DNA of 64,000 nucleotides from Monocercomonoides exilis PA203 (lineage: Eukaryota > Protista > Preaxostyla): assembly GCA_001643675.2 (NCBI GenBank), contig LSRY02000017.1:868001-932000 (forward strand), read 5' to 3'. Position 1 is the stretch's first letter; each line of letters opens with the position of its first letter. A program made the translations under genes and the position numbers. The notes below the pieces were generated by a model. That model did no database searches. It was not told the DNA's origin and worked only from the letters and a program-made list of their open reading frames with translations. This document shows positions 59,749 to 64,000 of this stretch, piece by piece.

Positions 59749-62700
59749 CTATTTCATCTGTGGTGAACGCGAAAAATGAAATTGCGAAAGTATTGGATGG
59801 AGTCCTGTTTGGGTGTAGCCCAAATCCTTCGAAAACTCTTCGTCCTCACTTTCTTCATATTCCTCCTCTGAATTATCTGAGCTCTCTTCAATAGACTCTT
59901 CAATTAAATCGTCTCCAATCACAGCAGTTTCATTCGTTTTGCCTTCTCCTTCTGTTGAATGAACACGAAAGAAGATGTCATTTTCATCTTCTGCAATTCC
60001 AAAGTTTGTACCTTTAGAAAAACTTAACCTATTTTTATCTCTCATAATCTCATCATCCACTTCTTCTTCCCCTTCTTCCCCTTCCCCTTCCTCTTCATCT
60101 TCTCCATCATTATCTACAGTTTTAAGAATTTTATTCGATTTCCTTTCATCAATTTCTTTTTTATCCGAAAACCAGGAAATTTCTTTATTTTCTTTATTTT
60201 CTTTGTTTTTCGTGTTATTTTTGTATTTCTGCTCAAGTCTGAATGTTGAGCCAAGCCTAAACGAGCTTATCGGATCATACCAAACATCTTCATTGTTAGC
60301 ACTAGTTGTTTTTATTTCTTCTGTCATTTCGTTTTCTCCTTCTTTAACTTCTTCACTTTCTTCTTCTTCATCCTCCTCTTCCTCCTCTTCTTCCTCTTCC
60401 TCCTCCTCCTCTTCTTCTTTTTCCATTCTCTTATCATTTCTTTGAATTTTCTGTTTTTCCTCTTCTCTATCTGATTCAACAAATGCCTCAAACGGTGCTG
60501 CTTTTTTGGATAACGTGCTTGTTCCGTTGTTGAACTTGGACAAAATCTGAGAAAAAGAAAGTTTTATTTCTTCAATGCTACTTGTATCATCATTGAATTC
60601 ACCAGCTTGTGGCTTTGTTTCCTCAACTATCTCATTTTCTTCTTCTTCTTCCTCTTCTTCTTTCTTCTCTTCTCTTTCTCTTTCTCTTTCTCTTTCTCTT
60701 TCTCTTTCTCTTTCTCTTTCTCTTTCTTTTTCTTTCTCCTCCTCATTCTCCATCTCCTTCTCCTTCTCTTCACTCACCCACTCCCTTTGTCCATTTCCTT
60801 TCTCCCTTTCAAGTCCCATCTCTTCTCTCTCTGCCAAATATCTCAGATAATCCAAAGCAGAAAGCTGCCCTTTTTGCTGTGAAGCTGACTGAGGGGATGG
60901 AGAAGACTGAGAATTCAATGAATTTGCCATTGCATTCGAAGAACTGAAATTCAATGGAGGATATTCAATACGAATGGCATGGCGAAAAGTGGAGGCGTCG
61001 GAAAAGGATGATGTGCGATTGCGAAATAAGGAATTTAGAGGAGGAGGAGGAGGAGGAGGAGAAGAAGAAGAAGAAGAAGAAGAGGAAGAGGAAGAATTAG
61101 AAGAGGAAGAAGTGAAAGGAGAAGAAGTTTGAGAGGTGATAAGAGGGTTCTTTTCTTGTGATGAAGTGGTAATGGAAGAGGAAGAGGAAGAGGAAGAAGA
61201 AGAAGAAGGAAAAACCAAAAATTCGCTGTTTTGGTCACTATCTGATTCTGATTCATTCGATGCAGCAGGAGATGATACATCCACAACGACAACTTTTGTT
61301 GGAATGGAAGAAGAAGAAGAAGAAGAAGGAGGAGGAGAAGGAGAAGAAGGAGAAGAAGAAGGAGGAGGAGGAGAAGGAGAAGAAGTATTCTGTTGAATTG
61401 AAGAATTTGGCAATGAAATATCAGAAGTTTGAGAAGAATTGCTTGAAGTGAGTGAAGATTGATTGTTGAGTGATGAAGGAGAATGAGAAGAAGAAATAGG
61501 GAAAATGTTGGGTGTGCCAGGAGGCAGGGAAAAGGAAGTGGAATGAGTGAATGAGGCACAATAAGAAAGAAGAGGAGGGGGAGGAGAAGGAGGACGGAAT
61601 TTGCGCTGTGTTGAAATGGGATGAGAATCGGAAGATGTATTAGACGGTGAAATGGAAGAAGAAGAAGAAGAGGAGGAGGAAGAAGAAGAAGAATTTACAG
61701 AAGAAGAATTTGAAGAAGAAGAAGAAGAAGGCGATGAAAGCGAAGAAGAATCGCGAGTGGGAATCGCAGCGAGTGAAGTGTGTGCCCGTTTCAGTGTGTT
61801 CTGTTGAGAATAGCTTCCGCGCGAAGGAGGAGGAAGAGGCTGGTTTGATGATAAATATGTGTTTGCATTTGAATTGGCGTGTTTGCTGATGTTGTTTGAA
61901 GCAGGAGCATCACGAGAAATAGCAGAATATATTGACTCTATTTTTCTGATGGTTTCTTTGGTGTTCTTTGTTGTTTTTGTGGTTTGTTCATTTTTTTCAG
62001 TTGAAAATTTCGAGTCATTTTCTTTTTGAATTATTTCCTTTTTTCCATCAAAACTCTCTTTTTCTTCTGTTTCTTCTCCTCTTTCCATTTCTTCAATGGG
62101 AATTCCATTCAGAATTTTGTAGATCATCTCCTTCGCTTTTTCTTCATCAACACCCAAAAATCCACACTCAACCAAAGATGGCTTGTTGCACAGACACGTT
62201 TGGATTTCAACTAAAAAGGCATCGCTTAGCTTAGGCGTGTAGCGGAGTTGGCTGGAAAGACGAGGAGAAGAGTGAATGGAGGAGAAGGAAGAAGAGGGAG
62301 AAGAGGTAGAAGAAGAGGATGATAATGCGAGTATTGAAGGAGAAACGGTCTTGTTCAATGAAGAAAACTGAGCATCAGTGAAGTGTTGCTTAGCGTGAAT
62401 ATCGTTGACAGTTGAATTTGAAGAAGAAGAAGAAGAATCAAATGAATGCTTTGTTTGAACAATTTCATCTGAAGAAGTTATGCCATTTGTTTCATTGACA
62501 CCTGAAAAAGCTATGTTTTCAGGCGGCTTCAAGAAAGGATTCAAAGAAGGAGACGAAACAAGAGAAAGTTTCTTGGCTTTTTTCGGTTTTTGCGTCAAAA
62601 CAGAAGAATTATTGAACTTTTCCACCAAAATTGCATCTTCATCTGCTTTGTATTTGAGAGCAGATGAAAACTGACTAAGAATTTTGTCTTCTTCTTCTGT

Positions 62701-64000
62701 GTGGACGTTGCTATCTATTTTACTTGACTTATCAAAAATAGCTTTGTTTCCCTTCGATTTTTGCTTTTGCTGAAGCAACTCATGAAATTCCTTATCGCTT
62801 TCCATCTTCCTCTTCTTCTCCTCTTCCTCTTTCGCTCTCATGAGCTGGCTAACTCTTTCCTTTTCTTTCTTCTTCTTCTCCTTTTCTCTTCTCGTCCTCA
62901 GCATCATCGCACACTCTAGAAATATCCTCGTTTCAGTCAAAAACTCTGCAAATGGCTGAGAATTCTTCGGAAACGACTCAACAAATTTTTGCAAGCGAAC
63001 AAGCTGTGCGGGTAAAAACTGCGCATCGGAAGCAATTGACTCATCGGTTGGCTCTGATAGAGTGACTGAAGGGAGCACAGCTGTTGAGGCTGATGTCATC
63101 AGAGAAGAAGACAGAGAAAGATGAGAAAGTGTGGAGGAATCATTAAAAACACTGGGATTTTGGCTAATTTTCTTGTTTTGCCCGTTTTGTCTGTTTAATT
63201 GCCCTTTCCCAATTTTGTTGATTTCATTCACATTGTTTATTCTTGCCATTGAAATCGTAGCAGAAAGCATCTTTTTGCGTGGCTTGCTTGTTTTCTGGTG
63301 AGTGTTCGTTGAGCGGTGTGGATGAGGCGGAAGAGGCGGAAGAGGAAGAAGATGACAGGAAATGCTGGCTGCAATATCAGCGTGGAAGTGGAAGAAGAAA
63401 TACATAAAAGGACGAGACAAATCTTGGTGGCGTATGTGCAAGGAAGAGGAAAAGGGGGAAGGAGTTGGGGAAGGAGATGGGGAACGAGAGGGAGAAGGGG
63501 AGGAAGAAGGAGAGGAAGAAGGAGAAGAACTTGGTGTTGTTCGATTCCTCATCGGAGGAGGTGGAAACAAATGCATCTCTTTGCTGATACTACTCAAGGA
63601 AACTTGTGAAGCCAAAGAAGAACTTGTACAATGAACAGCTTCTTGTTTGGGCTCAGCTCCCTTTCGCAAAACAGCAGGCGACGAAACAGCGCTCAGCGCA
63701 ATCGGCCGCCGCAGCTTGAAAGAAGAAGCAAGCGCCTTCACAGAATGGAAGAGCACTTTCACAGAACTCCAGTCAATTTCTTTCAAAAACTGCGGAGGAT
63801 CGGTACTGAATAAATCCTCATTCAACGTCAAGTCAAAGGCGTCCTTCTCGTTTTCTCGTTCTCCGCTGGAGTGTGTGTTCTTTTTCTTTTTTGTGGATTC
63901 TTTTGCTGCAATTTTCCTTTCCGCTTTCTTTTCAATAGGAAACCAAACCTTCATCTTCTCCAAGTCAACAACTGCTGTGTTCCCTGTGCCGTATAAGCAC
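59749..64000 (-). CDS. 3' part of a large hypothetical low-complexity (Ser/Pro/Glu-rich) protein, starting beyond the window
   Basis: 1404-aa ORF that appears to stay open to the window edge. Confidence 0.7.
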   Translation of the reverse strand, partial: CLYGTGNTAVVDLEKMKVWFPIEKKAERKIAAKESTKKKKNTHSSGERENEKDAFDLTLNEDLFSTDPPQFLKEIDWSSVKVLFHSVKALASSFKLRRPIALSAVSSPAVLRKGAEPKQEAVHCTSSSLASQVSLSSISKEMHLFPPPPMRNRTTPSSSPSSSPSSSPSPSRSPSPSPTPSPFSSSLHIRHQDLSRPFMYFFFHFHADIAASISCHLLPLPPLPPHPHRSTNTHQKTSKPRKKMLSATISMARINNVNEINKIGKGQLNRQNGQNKKISQNPSVFNDSSTLSHLSLSSSLMTSASTAVLPSVTLSEPTDESIASDAQFLPAQLVRLQKFVESFPKNSQPFAEFLTETRIFLECAMMLRTRREKEKKKKEKERVSQLMRAKEEEEKKRKMESDKEFHELLQQKQKSKGNKAIFDKSSKIDSNVHTEEEDKILSQFSSALKYKADEDAILVEKFNNSSVLTQKPKKAKKLSLVSSPSLNPFLKPPENIAFSGVNETNGITSSDEIVQTKHSFDSSSSSSNSTVNDIHAKQHFTDAQFSSLNKTVSPSILALSSSSSTSSPSSSFSSIHSSPRLSSQLRYTPKLSDAFLVEIQTCLCNKPSLVECGFLGVDEEKAKEMIYKILNGIPIEEMERGEETEEKESFDGKKEIIQKENDSKFSTEKNEQTTKTTKNTKETIRKIESIYSAISRDAPASNNISKHANSNANTYLSSNQPLPPPSRGSYSQQNTLKRAHTSLAAIPTRDSSSLSSPSSSSSSNSSSVNSSSSSSSSSSSSSISPSNTSSDSHPISTQRKFRPPSPPPPLLSYCASFTHSTSFSLPPGTPNIFPISSSHSPSSLNNQSSLTSSNSSQTSDISLPNSSIQQNTSSPSPPPPSSSPSSPSPPPSSSSSSSIPTKVVVVDVSSPAASNESESDSDQNSEFLVFPSSSSSSSSSSSITTSSQEKNPLITSQTSSPFTSSSSNSSSSSSSSSSSSPPPPPPPLNSLFRNRTSSFSDASTFRHAIRIEYPPLNFSSSNAMANSLNSQSSPSPQSASQQKGQLSALDYLRYLAEREEMGLEREKGNGQREWVSEEKEKEMENEEEKEKEREREREREREREREREREEKKEEEEEEEENEIVEETKPQAGEFNDDTSSIEEIKLSFSQILSKFNNGTSTLSKKAAPFEAFVESDREEEKQKIQRNDKRMEKEEEEEEEEEEEEEEEDEEEESEEVKEGENEMTEEIKTTSANNEDVWYDPISSFRLGSTFRLEQKYKNNTKNKENKENKEISWFSDKKEIDERKSNKILKTVDNDGEDEEEGEGEEGEEEVDDEIMRDKNRLSFSKGTNFGIAEDENDIFFRVHSTEGEGKTNETAVIGDDLIEESIEESSDNSEEEYEESEDEEFSKDLGYTQTGLHPILSQFHFSRSPQMK

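Overview
AT-rich eukaryotic genomic DNA with short GT-AG introns (weak donors such as GTTTG, GTCTG, GTGTG), the standard genetic code (TAA/TAG/TGA end recognisable genes), and proteins bloated by poly-Ser and Glu/Lys tracts. This points to an oxymonad such as Monocercomonoides, which is an inference from style and gene families, not a database match. Recognisable genes: SKP1; a 2978-aa intronless beta-helix/TM/kinase-like receptor; DENND6; an F-box/WD40 protein ending in a CaaX box; a divergent importin-alpha; a DHHC palmitoyltransferase head-to-head with a PA28 proteasome activator; a Rac-like GTPase; a NUFIP1/Rsa1-like protein; a type I PRMT; and several hypothetical low-complexity proteins. 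The most notable structure is 1587-8550. A Merlin/IS1595-type transposase gene there has been cut by three insertions, and removing them at their 4-bp target duplications rejoins the coding sequence. The largest insertion (3009-7673) has GG-initial TIRs and an ATCT duplication but no transposase, and carries scrambled fragments of the host receptor family, i.e. a Pack-type gene-capturing element. Related short GG-ended elements with 4-bp TSDs (two families) recur at 1.7-2.2 kb, 8.3 kb and 45.9-47.4 kb, where they cluster with a Tc1-type foldback MITE.
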